Origin: an uncultured Candidatus Saccharibacteria bacterium
GTDB taxonomy: Bacteria; Patescibacteriota; Saccharimonadia; Saccharimonadales; CAIOMD01
Length of the DNA stretch: 64,000 nt
Assembly: GCA_964566135.1 (NCBI GenBank)
Contig: CAZMHM010000001.1
Location: 197,829-261,828, forward strand
Reading direction: 5' to 3'
Shown here: piece by piece, positions 38,266 to 46,942 of the stretch
Layout: every line of letters begins with the position of its first letter
How positions within the stretch are numbered: position 1 is the first letter of the stretch
Translations under genes and position numbers: made by a program
The notes under the pieces: generated by a model
The model's database searches: none
Seen by the model: the letters and a program-made list of their open reading frames with translations, nothing else
What the model was told of the DNA's origin: nothing

Positions 38266-38403
38266 CTACTGACGATAGGGATACTCGTCAGGCCTGTCAC
38301 GCCACGCCTCATCCAAGGCAGGCTCACGGTAGTAGCGCACCGCAAGCGCAACTGCGGCCGCACAAGCAACAGCAGCCACACCAACGTACAACAGCTTGCT
38401 CAT
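38266..38403 (-). CDS. 45-aa single-TM mini-protein (not in ORF track)
   Basis: My translation: MSKLLYVGVAAVACAAAVALAVRYYREPALDEAWRDRPDEYPYRQ. GAGG upstream. About 60% GC. Confidence 0.45.
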   Translation of the reverse strand: MSKLLYVGVAAVACAAAVALAVRYYREPALDEAWRDRPDEYPYRQ

Positions 38404-38437
38404 GGTCATACCTCAGCTCTCGTAGTTGCCAGCCGCC

Positions 38438-38584
38438 TTACTCAGAAGGCTGATCGTCGTTCCATGAGCTGGCGAACTCCGCCCACTTGTCGAGCAACTG
38501 CTCACGGCGGACGTAGGCCGTCGCAACGATGGCAATCGAACTAACTGCCGCCACTGCAGTTCCGATCAGAAGAACCTTTTTCAC
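38438..38584 (-). CDS. 48-aa single-TM mini-protein (not in ORF track), paralog-like to 38266..38403
   Basis: GTG start 6 nt after AAGGAG. My translation: MKKVLLIGTAVAAVSSIAIVATAYVRREQLLDKWAEFASSWNDDQPSE. Confidence 0.5.
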   Translation of the reverse strand: MKKVLLIGTAVAAVSSIAIVATAYVRREQLLDKWAEFASSWNDDQPSE

Positions 38585-38627
38585 AGAATCTCCTTACTTC
38601 GACATACCGGTTTCGTGCAGAATGAAA

Positions 38628-38655
38628 ATTATATACTAGTAATGGTGCTTGTCAA
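38628..38655 (-). promoter_or_regulatory. sigma70 promoter driving the mini-protein operon
   Basis: Minus sense: TTGACA - 16 nt - TATAAT. Confidence 0.55.
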
Positions 38656-38703
38656 TATTATGCTGGCTTTTTACCTCTGTAAATGTTACAATTTAATCAA
38701 GAG

Positions 38704-40053
38704 ATGAGTAAGAAAGTACCAATCGTTGCAATTGTTGGACGTGCCAATGTAGGCAAGTCTAGTTTGTTCAACGCGATTATTGGCCACCGCGAAGCAATTG
38801 TTGCCAACGAGCCAGGAACTACGCGTGACAGTATTATGGCTAAAGCCAATTATGGCTCACACGACTTTTGGCTAATTGATACCGCAGGTATGAAAGATGC
38901 CGAAGACGAATTTGAATTTACGATTCAAGAGCAAATTATTCAAGCATCCGATAGCGCCGATGTCATTATGGTTGTCGTAGAGGCAAACGTCATGATTACC
39001 GAAGAAGACCGTCGTGTTGCCAAGCTTGCGCTTAAAAGTCGTAAGCCTGTTATGTTAATTGTTAACAAGGTTGATAAAAATACTCGCGTTAACCTCAACG
39101 ATTACCTCCGCCTTGGCATTAAGCCGGTGATTGCCACCAGTACCACACAGCGCACCGGTATCGATGATTTGCTAGCCGAACTTGTGGTTGATTTACCAAA
39201 AGCAACTATCAAAGAAGACGATGGCCGCTTGCGCATAGCAATTTTAGGTCGCCCAAACGTAGGTAAGAGTCAGCTATTTAACACTCTCGCCAAAAAGCAA
39301 CAGGCAATCGTTGCTGATAGGGCAGGTACTACGCGAGATGTTAACCGCACGCTTGTAAAATTTAAGGGCCGTGAAATCGAACTACTCGATACTGCTGGTA
39401 TCCGTAAAAACGGCAAAATCGAAGTTGGCATAGAACGCTTTAGTGTTATCCGTAGTTTATCTGCTATCGAACAAGCCGATATTTGCTTTTTACTTATCGA
39501 TGTCAATGAAGTTGGCGTACAGCTCGACCAAAAGATTGCCGGCATCATCAAAGAAGCAGGTAAGGGTCTTGTACTTGTTGTCAGCAAATGGGACAGCGTT
39601 TTAGATAAAGACGCCTACACCCGTGACGCACTAGCGCCAAAAATTAAGCACGAATTTGAATTTGCACCGTGGGCGCCGCTAGTATTTACGAGTAGCGTCA
39701 CTGGACAGAACGTATCGAAATTATTTGAAATTGCGTTTGAAATAGAAGAAAACCGTACCAAAAAAATTACGACAGGCGAGCTTAACCGCTGGTTGCGCGC
39801 TTGTGTAGACGCACACCCACCCGCAGGGCTCAAAAACAGCTATCCACGGCTTAATTACATTACGCAAACAGATGAAGCAACTCCAACCTTTAAGGTATTT
39901 GGCAGCCACACGAAGCTTCTGCACTGGAGCTATAAGCGATATCTAGACCGACAACTACGCGAGAAGTATGGCTACGAAGGCACGCCGCTCAAGTTCTACT
40001 TCAGCGAAAAGCACGAACACCAGCCCAACGCCCCAAAGCCTCGCGGCCGCTAA
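38704..40053 (+). CDS. der: ribosome-associated GTPase Der/EngA
   Basis: Two G domains (GRANVGKSSLFN ... DTAG ... NKVD; GRPNVGKSQLFN ... DTAG ... SKWD) plus a KH-like C-terminus. Start moved to the second ATG because the first lies inside a TGtTACAAT -10 box. Confidence 0.93.
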   Translation: MSKKVPIVAIVGRANVGKSSLFNAIIGHREAIVANEPGTTRDSIMAKANYGSHDFWLIDTAGMKDAEDEFEFTIQEQIIQASDSADVIMVVVEANVMITEEDRRVAKLALKSRKPVMLIVNKVDKNTRVNLNDYLRLGIKPVIATSTTQRTGIDDLLAELVVDLPKATIKEDDGRLRIAILGRPNVGKSQLFNTLAKKQQAIVADRAGTTRDVNRTLVKFKGREIELLDTAGIRKNGKIEVGIERFSVIRSLSAIEQADICFLLIDVNEVGVQLDQKIAGIIKEAGKGLVLVVSKWDSVLDKDAYTRDALAPKIKHEFEFAPWAPLVFTSSVTGQNVSKLFEIAFEIEENRTKKITTGELNRWLRACVDAHPPAGLKNSYPRLNYITQTDEATPTFKVFGSHTKLLHWSYKRYLDRQLREKYGYEGTPLKFYFSEKHEHQPNAPKPRGR

Positions 40054-40070
40054 AAATAAAGACTACTTAC

Positions 40071-42410
40071 TTAGTACTTTGGCTTTGCGGCAGTATTACC
40101 TGGACCTACACATATGTGTCCATTAACAATTGCCCAGTCCGAGCCTGATGGTCGGCGTGAATCTGTTGCCGAAATGTAGGTATATCCGCTATCACAGTGA
40201 GAATCACCACTTGCAGTACTGGTGCTACTATTTGGCACGCATTGTGGTGCACCGTTCGAAGTATTTGACCAATGATAGCCGCTTTGACAGCTTGAAGGAC
40301 TCGATGGAATGCCAGCTCCTGCGCCAGATGCAGATGAACCACCCGAGCTACTACCGCCGGTACTAGAGCCTGATGATGGATTATTACTCGTAGGGCTGAT
40401 CGTGCAGGTGTATGTCGAAGTATTGAATGTACCATCTTTATTTTCACAATCCGTTCTAGCAATCTGCACAATCTGATTAACGGCAGAAGATTCATTGTAA
40501 TCAAGGACAAGGTTTTCGCCATTCACAATTTGGCTTACATAGCCTGCATGCGATAGCACAATTTTAGTCTGCGCAGTTTTCAAATCACCAGCACGCAACT
40601 TAGCAATGTCGGCCTTAGCCTCACTCTTGCTTAGATACGTATCTGCTTTTGCCTTAGATAGGATGCTCTTAAAGAAGTTGCTAACAGACTTTGCAGTCGA
40701 CTGGAAGAACGACTGGTTGTAGTACACAATCGTACAATCGTAGGTGACTTTCTTGCCGTTCACAACCACCTCGCGTGGCGCACAGCCAGTTACTGTACCA
40801 AAATGATCAGTAGTGTTACGACTTACATCAACGCCATAGCTAAGCTTGTTACGTGGTATAACCGAGTTGTCTTTGCCGCTAACGGTCAAAATCAAGGTGT
40901 TAGCTTGTGCACATGGTACTGCAGTAAATACAGCAGCTTTGCCAGTGCCCTTACGCGAGATACATTGTAAATTTAAGTTGTCGCCATAACCAAGGTCAGC
41001 AACTTTTGGCTTTGGTGCGTCTTTAGGTGGCAAGGGTGGGGGAGTAGTTGCAACAGGAGTAGCGGCACCAGTGCCTTTACCAAGGTCATATGTGACCGCA
41101 CCAAACTTGCTACAAGGTACGTTTGTTTTTCCGTCCTTAGAACGTAGCGAAACAACTAGGAGCAGTTTGCTCTTGTCTTTTTTCGCATAGGTGTTTACGT
41201 CACCGTAAACAAATACGTTATTCTTTGCGCCTACCACCGGCACTTCTTTTGTCTGGACAATCTTAGGCATACCATTATCTATCTTCTCGGTAAGGATAAT
41301 CTCATACTTATTCGCATCAGAAGCAACATCAGTATTATTGATAATCCGCGAACCAAAGCCTTGCTTATTCTCTGGACTTACAGCTTGTGGCAAGTCGGCT
41401 TCACACGTTAATGTAGCGACCTTAGGCACTGGTAACGTGGTAACTTGTGGAGCACTTGACGAGCATGGGTAGGATTTACCAGCGATAACGAGCGTCCAAT
41501 CACCTTGGTCAACACCGGCAGGAGTAACTGGCTTGCGAATCTGACCCAAAACTGTAGCGTTATTGTTGATTGCAACGCCACTGAAGCCAGATATCCATTT
41601 AAAGTAGGTGCTATTGGTACTACCATTCCATGTAAAGGTCGAATTTGGCGCCTTGCCAGTGAAGTTAATATCGGCAAGTGTTTTTGTAGCAGTACCTGTC
41701 TTATTTACAATCGTAACCGGATACCACTCTAAGCCAGCAGTATCTTTTAATACTGTTCCAATGTTACACGAAAACGTGCCCGTAGCCGTCACTGGCGCGG
41801 GCGTAGGGGTAGAAGTTGTTGGCGCTGGCGTAGCAGGAGTCGCTGGGGTTGGCGCTGGCGTAGTTATCGGAGTCGCAGGTGGTGCTGCGGCATCTTTTAC
41901 GAGCTGATTATAGGTAGTTGTAATGTTAGTTGTCGTATTACAGGTATAGGTAACACCCTTTACGATCACTTTCCAGTTTGCCTGGCCAACACCCGCAGGC
42001 GTAGTCGGCTTACGCACTTGACCCTGCACGGTAGCATTATTCAAAATCTTTACACCGCTAAAGCCTTTAAGCCAGTCAATATATTTGCCATCATACGAAA
42101 GCGCATTCCACGTAAAGGTTGTGCCACTCGATGATTTGCCCACAAAAGCAATATCATTAAGTGTGTCCGTTTGTGTACCGGTACGATTTTGGAGCACCAC
42201 AGAGTACCACTGCTGGTTATCGTTCATAACGCCGCCATCAGTGGTTCCAGCAACATCTTTAAATTCGGGACCAATCGTGCACACAAAACCGCCACTTGCG
42301 CGAGAACTATTAACCACATATGCACCAATCGCGGCGACTGCAAATAAAGGAATTAATAAAAAGAGCAGGTGATGAGAGAAACCTTTAGAGTTAAGTTTCA
42401 AAATGCGCAT
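40071..42410 (-). CDS. large secreted protein with two copies of a Cys-bracketed ~110-aa module, PT linkers and a Cys-rich C-terminus
   Basis: Start at MRILKLNSKGF. Signal anchor LLFLLIPLFAVAAIGAYVV. The internal duplication is described in the findings. Confidence 0.7.
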   Translation of the reverse strand: MRILKLNSKGFSHHLLFLLIPLFAVAAIGAYVVNSSRASGGFVCTIGPEFKDVAGTTDGGVMNDNQQWYSVVLQNRTGTQTDTLNDIAFVGKSSSGTTFTWNALSYDGKYIDWLKGFSGVKILNNATVQGQVRKPTTPAGVGQANWKVIVKGVTYTCNTTTNITTTYNQLVKDAAAPPATPITTPAPTPATPATPAPTTSTPTPAPVTATGTFSCNIGTVLKDTAGLEWYPVTIVNKTGTATKTLADINFTGKAPNSTFTWNGSTNSTYFKWISGFSGVAINNNATVLGQIRKPVTPAGVDQGDWTLVIAGKSYPCSSSAPQVTTLPVPKVATLTCEADLPQAVSPENKQGFGSRIINNTDVASDANKYEIILTEKIDNGMPKIVQTKEVPVVGAKNNVFVYGDVNTYAKKDKSKLLLVVSLRSKDGKTNVPCSKFGAVTYDLGKGTGAATPVATTPPPLPPKDAPKPKVADLGYGDNLNLQCISRKGTGKAAVFTAVPCAQANTLILTVSGKDNSVIPRNKLSYGVDVSRNTTDHFGTVTGCAPREVVVNGKKVTYDCTIVYYNQSFFQSTAKSVSNFFKSILSKAKADTYLSKSEAKADIAKLRAGDLKTAQTKIVLSHAGYVSQIVNGENLVLDYNESSAVNQIVQIARTDCENKDGTFNTSTYTCTISPTSNNPSSGSSTGGSSSGGSSASGAGAGIPSSPSSCQSGYHWSNTSNGAPQCVPNSSTSTASGDSHCDSGYTYISATDSRRPSGSDWAIVNGHICVGPGNTAAKPKY

Positions 42411-42522
42411 ATTTTGACTACCTTGTTGTGTTTTAGTTTTTAGAATATCTAATTGCAATTAAATACTACTTATATGCAAAGCACAAGCACTGTGGCGGTA
42501 GTTATCCACAGTGAAATCTCAG

Positions 42523-43137
42523 CTAAACCTCTTCGCTACTACCAAACACTCGGGGTTTAAGCGCAATAATTCGTACTAAAATTGCGAAAAGATACAGACT
42601 AGCCGCAAACAAGACAACCGAAAGCACAATCCATAACCATGATGCCGGATCATCTAGCGTAGTAGCAGATGTAAAAAATAATTTAGTTAAGCTTGGGTTG
42701 ATATTTTTTAAGAAAATAGCCAACCAAATAACAATTCCCACGACACCCGCTAATCGTACAGCTATCTTTGTAATAAAAGCGTTAATCTCGTGCGCACGCC
42801 CTTGCGGGGAACGGTAATAGTGAACCAACTCTACCTCATCACTGGCGCTTTTATAGGCTGCAAAAACATATGAAAACAGCGCAAAGACTACGCTACCAAC
42901 TAATACCCACACCAAGAAATCTGCAACACGAGGGTCAACGCGCGCCTCTAGGTTAGTAAAGAAATTAGATACTTGCGTATCGAGACCGCCTGTCTCAGAT
43001 AAGGCATTGACGCTTGTGCCGTCAAAAAACACCCAAAACCGTTTTATGTTTTGCACAAGTAACAGCAAAAATCCGATACTGACGAATACGACGACTTCAG
43101 CTTTTTCGGGCAAAATCAATTTCAATAATGGTTTCAT
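42523..43137 (-). CDS. 4-TM membrane protein, unknown function
   Basis: Start moved to MKPLLKLILPEK (ATG 43137). Confidence 0.55.
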   Translation of the reverse strand: MKPLLKLILPEKAEVVVFVSIGFLLLLVQNIKRFWVFFDGTSVNALSETGGLDTQVSNFFTNLEARVDPRVADFLVWVLVGSVVFALFSYVFAAYKSASDEVELVHYYRSPQGRAHEINAFITKIAVRLAGVVGIVIWLAIFLKNINPSLTKLFFTSATTLDDPASWLWIVLSVVLFAASLYLFAILVRIIALKPRVFGSSEEV

Positions 43138-43212
43138 ATGTGTGTTTACTCTTATGCCGATACTACTACAGACATCATATATATAGCAAACACTGGTACA
43201 ATATAGTCTGTT

Positions 43213-43866
43213 ATGGCACTTTTCCAACGACAACCAATTCAGTTAAATCAAAATCTACCGTACAGCATATCAATCGCAACCGTCACGGTCCTTATTGTCG
43301 GGCTTGGTAATCCTGGCAAAGAATACAACCTTACTCGGCATAATATTGGCTTTATGGCGCTCGATAATTTTGCGGCTGCTAACGACTTCGGACCATGGCA
43401 AGACGACAAGAAATTTAAGGGCCAAATCGCCGAAAAAACCATGGGTGCCGTGCGCGTCCTGTTATTAAAGCCGTCTACATTTATGAACTTAAGCGGCGAA
43501 TCAGTGCAGGCAGTAGCCCATTTTTACAAGGTAGAGCCTGAACGCATCGTGGTTGTGCACGACGAGCTTAGCATCGCCTTTGGGCAAATTCGTAACCGCG
43601 TAGGCGGACAAGCTGCCGGCAATAATGGTATCAAGTCAATTATCCAACATATGGGCGCAAATTTTGGCCGAGTCCGTATTGGTATAAAAGATGTGTTTTC
43701 TAAGATTCCCGATGCCAGTAAGTTTGTACTTGGCAAATTTAGCGAGGTAGAGCAGAGCTATCTAGAAGATATTTATACCGAGGTAAATAGCGTGCTTACC
43801 GAGTACATTTACGGCGGGGAACTACCAAAGGATACCCGCAGTATCATGTTTGAATACGACGATTAA
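43213..43866 (+). CDS. pth: aminoacyl-tRNA (peptidyl-tRNA) hydrolase
   Basis: LIVGLGNPGKEYNLTRHNIGF, MNLSGESV, VVHDELS, GNNGIKS. Has an unusual ~25-aa N-terminal extension if ATG 43213 is the true start. Confidence 0.9.
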   Translation: MALFQRQPIQLNQNLPYSISIATVTVLIVGLGNPGKEYNLTRHNIGFMALDNFAAANDFGPWQDDKKFKGQIAEKTMGAVRVLLLKPSTFMNLSGESVQAVAHFYKVEPERIVVVHDELSIAFGQIRNRVGGQAAGNNGIKSIIQHMGANFGRVRIGIKDVFSKIPDASKFVLGKFSEVEQSYLEDIYTEVNSVLTEYIYGGELPKDTRSIMFEYDD

Positions 43867-43871
43867 TTACT

Positions 43872-45539
43872 ATGCTACTCAACGTTGATATTAGAGATAA
43901 ACATTTTGGCGATAAGGTGCTGTATAGCGACCTGCAGTTTGCGTTAGATAAAAACGAGAAGGTCGGCGTGATTGGCCGTAACGGTGCAGGTAAAAGCACG
44001 CTGTTTGCAATGCTGGCTGGCGACGATAGCGAATTTGACGGTGAGATCCAAAAAGCGCGCGGCACTATTATCGTCAGCACCCGCCAAGAGCACCACGGCC
44101 TACTCGACACGCCAGCCGTCGACTATATCCTGAGCGAACTACCGAATTATTCGAAACTAAAGCACATTATCGATACCTATCCAGAAACGATGGGGACAAG
44201 TCATCACAAAATGAACATTTACAGTGATGCGCTCGAACAATTCAGTAGCCTAGGCTACTACACGATTGAAGATTCGGTACTGCAACAACTTGCTACGTAT
44301 CAGATTGACGAGGCCAAAGCTCGCTCGCCATTAGGCAATTTAAGCGGGGGCCAGAAACGCTTTGTAGAACTTGTGAAAATTGCCCACGCCAATGCAGATT
44401 TAGCCCTTATTGACGAGCCAACAAACCACATGGACTATGTCGCCAAAGACGCCTTTATTAAATGGCTCGAGGGCGTCAGTGGGCTCACAGTTCTCGTTAT
44501 CACGCACGACCGAGATGTGCTTAAAACAGTGGATAGAATCATCGATATACGCGATGGCCAAGCCTATAGCTATAAAGGGAATTATGATGCTTATTTAAAG
44601 CAAAATAGCACGAGCACCGTTAGTGCTATTCAAAGCTATGGGGTTGCACAGGCAACAATTGCTAATCTTAAAAAGCAGATTTTGTACGCCCAACGTATGA
44701 AGCCAAGCGCGAGCACCGCCGGTGGCAAAAAGAATCCGTTTATCGTGATGGAAGAACGCCTAACGCGCGAGCTTAAAAAATTAGAGGCCGCCAATCCAAA
44801 GCCTAACTTCTGGATTGACCGCGAATCAGTCAATCAAATGCATAGTAAAACTGCCGCCAGCTACGATAAGTACAAGGCCAAGAACATCCGAATTAGCTCG
44901 GTTGATACTGTAAATAAAGGCGCTCAGCTGCCAATTATCGACGTGCATGATTTATCTCTTGGCTACAGCGAGCCATTGTTTAGCGGCGTGTCGTTTCAGC
45001 TGCCCGAGGGTGGCCGAATCCGTTTGCACGGCCGTAACGGTGCCGGTAAAACCACACTTATTAAAAGTATTGTCGCGACCGCAGAGGGCAAAACGAGTGA
45101 TGCTACCTCTTTTGCAGGCTATATAGATGTGCGCGCAAAGCTAACCATTGGTATGTACGAACAAGAAATTGCCGATAAATACTTTGATTTGCCCCTCGAA
45201 CTAGCACTCGAGCGCTTGTATCTAGACCAAGGGTTTTCAATCAGCGACCAACGGATTAGACAACTAATGGGCGATTATTTATTTGACCCAATCGGCGATG
45301 GCCGCATACCGCTTAACACACTGAGCGGTGGCCAAAAGGCGCGATTCCAGATAATTGCCATGCTGTCTAATAATCCGCAATTGCTTATCTTAGATGAACC
45401 AACGAATCACCTAGATTTACCAAGTATCGAAGAACTAGAAAACGCCCTTCATAAATATAAGGGCGCTGTCATCTTTGTAAGCCACGATGGCTATTTTGTA
45501 AACGGCTTTGAACACGAAACCGTCAAAATCGGCGAATAG
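43872..45539 (+). CDS. ABC-F family ATPase (two ABC domains, no TM)
   Basis: GRNGAGKSTLF / LSGGQKRFVEL / LIDEPTNHMD, and GRNGAGKTTLIK / LSGGQKARFQ / LILDEPTNHLD. Confidence 0.9.
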   Translation: MLLNVDIRDKHFGDKVLYSDLQFALDKNEKVGVIGRNGAGKSTLFAMLAGDDSEFDGEIQKARGTIIVSTRQEHHGLLDTPAVDYILSELPNYSKLKHIIDTYPETMGTSHHKMNIYSDALEQFSSLGYYTIEDSVLQQLATYQIDEAKARSPLGNLSGGQKRFVELVKIAHANADLALIDEPTNHMDYVAKDAFIKWLEGVSGLTVLVITHDRDVLKTVDRIIDIRDGQAYSYKGNYDAYLKQNSTSTVSAIQSYGVAQATIANLKKQILYAQRMKPSASTAGGKKNPFIVMEERLTRELKKLEAANPKPNFWIDRESVNQMHSKTAASYDKYKAKNIRISSVDTVNKGAQLPIIDVHDLSLGYSEPLFSGVSFQLPEGGRIRLHGRNGAGKTTLIKSIVATAEGKTSDATSFAGYIDVRAKLTIGMYEQEIADKYFDLPLELALERLYLDQGFSISDQRIRQLMGDYLFDPIGDGRIPLNTLSGGQKARFQIIAMLSNNPQLLILDEPTNHLDLPSIEELENALHKYKGAVIFVSHDGYFVNGFEHETVKIGE

Positions 45540-45605
45540 ATTCGTTGACAAAATTACTACTGATTGCTTATGCTTAAGTCATACGCATAACAAAGGAAAC
45601 AGTCC

Positions 45606-46517
45606 ATGAAAATATCGCTGAAAAAAATTAACCAGATTGGTGTATTAAGCCTGCATGCAGTCATTCCGCTCGTGTTGGTTGTCACCGCTGTTGGCGGTGT
45701 CGGTGCCTATGTAATTACTAAAAGCAAAGCTTACGGTAGTAACGTTTGCTACATTAGCTCAAGTACAGTAACGGTTAATGGCATGACCGGTGATTATTAT
45801 CATGTCATGGTACAAAACCGTACCGATGCAGCGCTACAGCTTGCTAACATGAAGTTTCAAGCAAAAGGTACCAATGGTACTGCTACGATAGGCTACTACG
45901 ATGCAAACGGCAAACCTACTGCAAACTTACTAAAATGGGCATCAGGTTTTAGCGGTACTCAACTTGATAAGTATGGCACCTCTACAGGTTTTGTGCGTAA
46001 GCCCGTAAATCCGAATAACGTTGGTGCAGCAAACTATAAATTTGCGGGTGATGGCAAAACATTTGATGCAAGCTGTCAGGTGATACCAGCAGGCACAAGT
46101 TTTGACTCCAGATACAGTAGTTTAGTTAGTAGCGGCGAAAACAAACAATATGCAATATCATGCGAGATAATTGGTCCAGAAAAAGTAGTTGGCGGCCAAC
46201 CAGCAAACTTTACCGTACGTATAAAAAATGCGGGAACTGTCAATTATGGAGGTTACACTCTCTCGTCTTGGAGCGTTGCAAGCAAGTCAGGCCAAACTAT
46301 TTATGCCATGAGTAGCGCTGATAGTTATAGTGATTATGCAACATTTCCTGAGATAAAGGTTGGTGATACAAAAGATATTACGATTAACTCCGTTGTATCG
46401 CCTAAATTTTCTGGCACCGAACCTCTTATTTACTCATACAACATATTAGCTATGTCAACAAAGGATGTCGGGGCCGTTGCCTACTCCAGCTGCAGCAAAA
46501 ACTGGACACTAAACTAG
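45606..46517 (+). CDS. secreted protein: third copy of the Cys-bracketed module plus a CARDB/Ig-like domain
   Basis: Signal anchor similar to that of 40071..42410. GQPANFTVRIKNAGT is CARDB-like. Confidence 0.65.
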   Translation: MKISLKKINQIGVLSLHAVIPLVLVVTAVGGVGAYVITKSKAYGSNVCYISSSTVTVNGMTGDYYHVMVQNRTDAALQLANMKFQAKGTNGTATIGYYDANGKPTANLLKWASGFSGTQLDKYGTSTGFVRKPVNPNNVGAANYKFAGDGKTFDASCQVIPAGTSFDSRYSSLVSSGENKQYAISCEIIGPEKVVGGQPANFTVRIKNAGTVNYGGYTLSSWSVASKSGQTIYAMSSADSYSDYATFPEIKVGDTKDITINSVVSPKFSGTEPLIYSYNILAMSTKDVGAVAYSSCSKNWTLN

Positions 46518-46526
46518 ATAAGAACT

Positions 46527-46888
46527 AAAAAGAGCCTATAGAGGGGGTGGGCACCGCTATAGGCTCATGTTAGCCTTCAACCCCGTACAACAAGTGCACA
46601 ACGCTTTGAATGCCCACCTCAATGAAAACGAGGGGTTAAAGCTTACGGTTAAAGGCGTTAGCTTGTTTTAGAACGCCTGTTAGCTAGCACTTTATCAGTA
46701 CAAGTACTGATACGACTAGCGGGCGCGAGCTGCGTGGAGGGTAACAACGTAGAACGCACGTTCTAAAACAATCTAACAGTGTAAGACCAATCAGTTTACG
46801 TATGCACAAGGCACTTGCGAACTATCTGGTCCAACGTTAGAATTTGGGGGTATAAGGTGCGTAAAGCGTAAGAGTTTCACGCTTACGT
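46527..46888 (-). ncRNA. candidate ~360-nt structured noncoding RNA, class unknown
   Basis: Lies between the promoter at 46894-46922 and the terminator GAGCCTATAG-15 nt-CTATAGGCTC + TTTTT (46566-46527, minus sense). No ORF of 60 aa or more in six frames. Many internal helices. Confidence 0.5.
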
Positions 46889-46893
46889 TGCAA

Positions 46894-46922
46894 ATAATAG
46901 CATTTGTTTTGTTTTTTGTCAA
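46894..46922 (-). promoter_or_regulatory. near-consensus sigma70 promoter
   Basis: Minus sense: TTGACA (46922-46917) - 17 nt - TATTAT (46899-46894). Confidence 0.6.
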
Positions 46923-46942
46923 TAATATTTTAGTAGAGGTTT

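Noticed and set aside
42488-42513. A perfect DnaA box, TTATCCACA, at 42502-42510.
   Set aside because: It is a single box and forms one arm and loop of the hairpin CACTGTGG-N10-CCACAGTG, just downstream of the 42523 gene. It is more likely a 3'-end hairpin than a DnaA site.
46527-46888. Considered calling the ~360-nt unit tmRNA (ssrA) or RNase P RNA (rnpB) because of its size.
   Set aside because: It has no GGGG...UUCGAC 5' end, no T-arm/CCA tRNA-like 3' end and no plausible tag ORF ending in hydrophobic residues. Neither strand has the GGAAAGUCC (P4) or ACAGAAnCCGGCUUA motifs.
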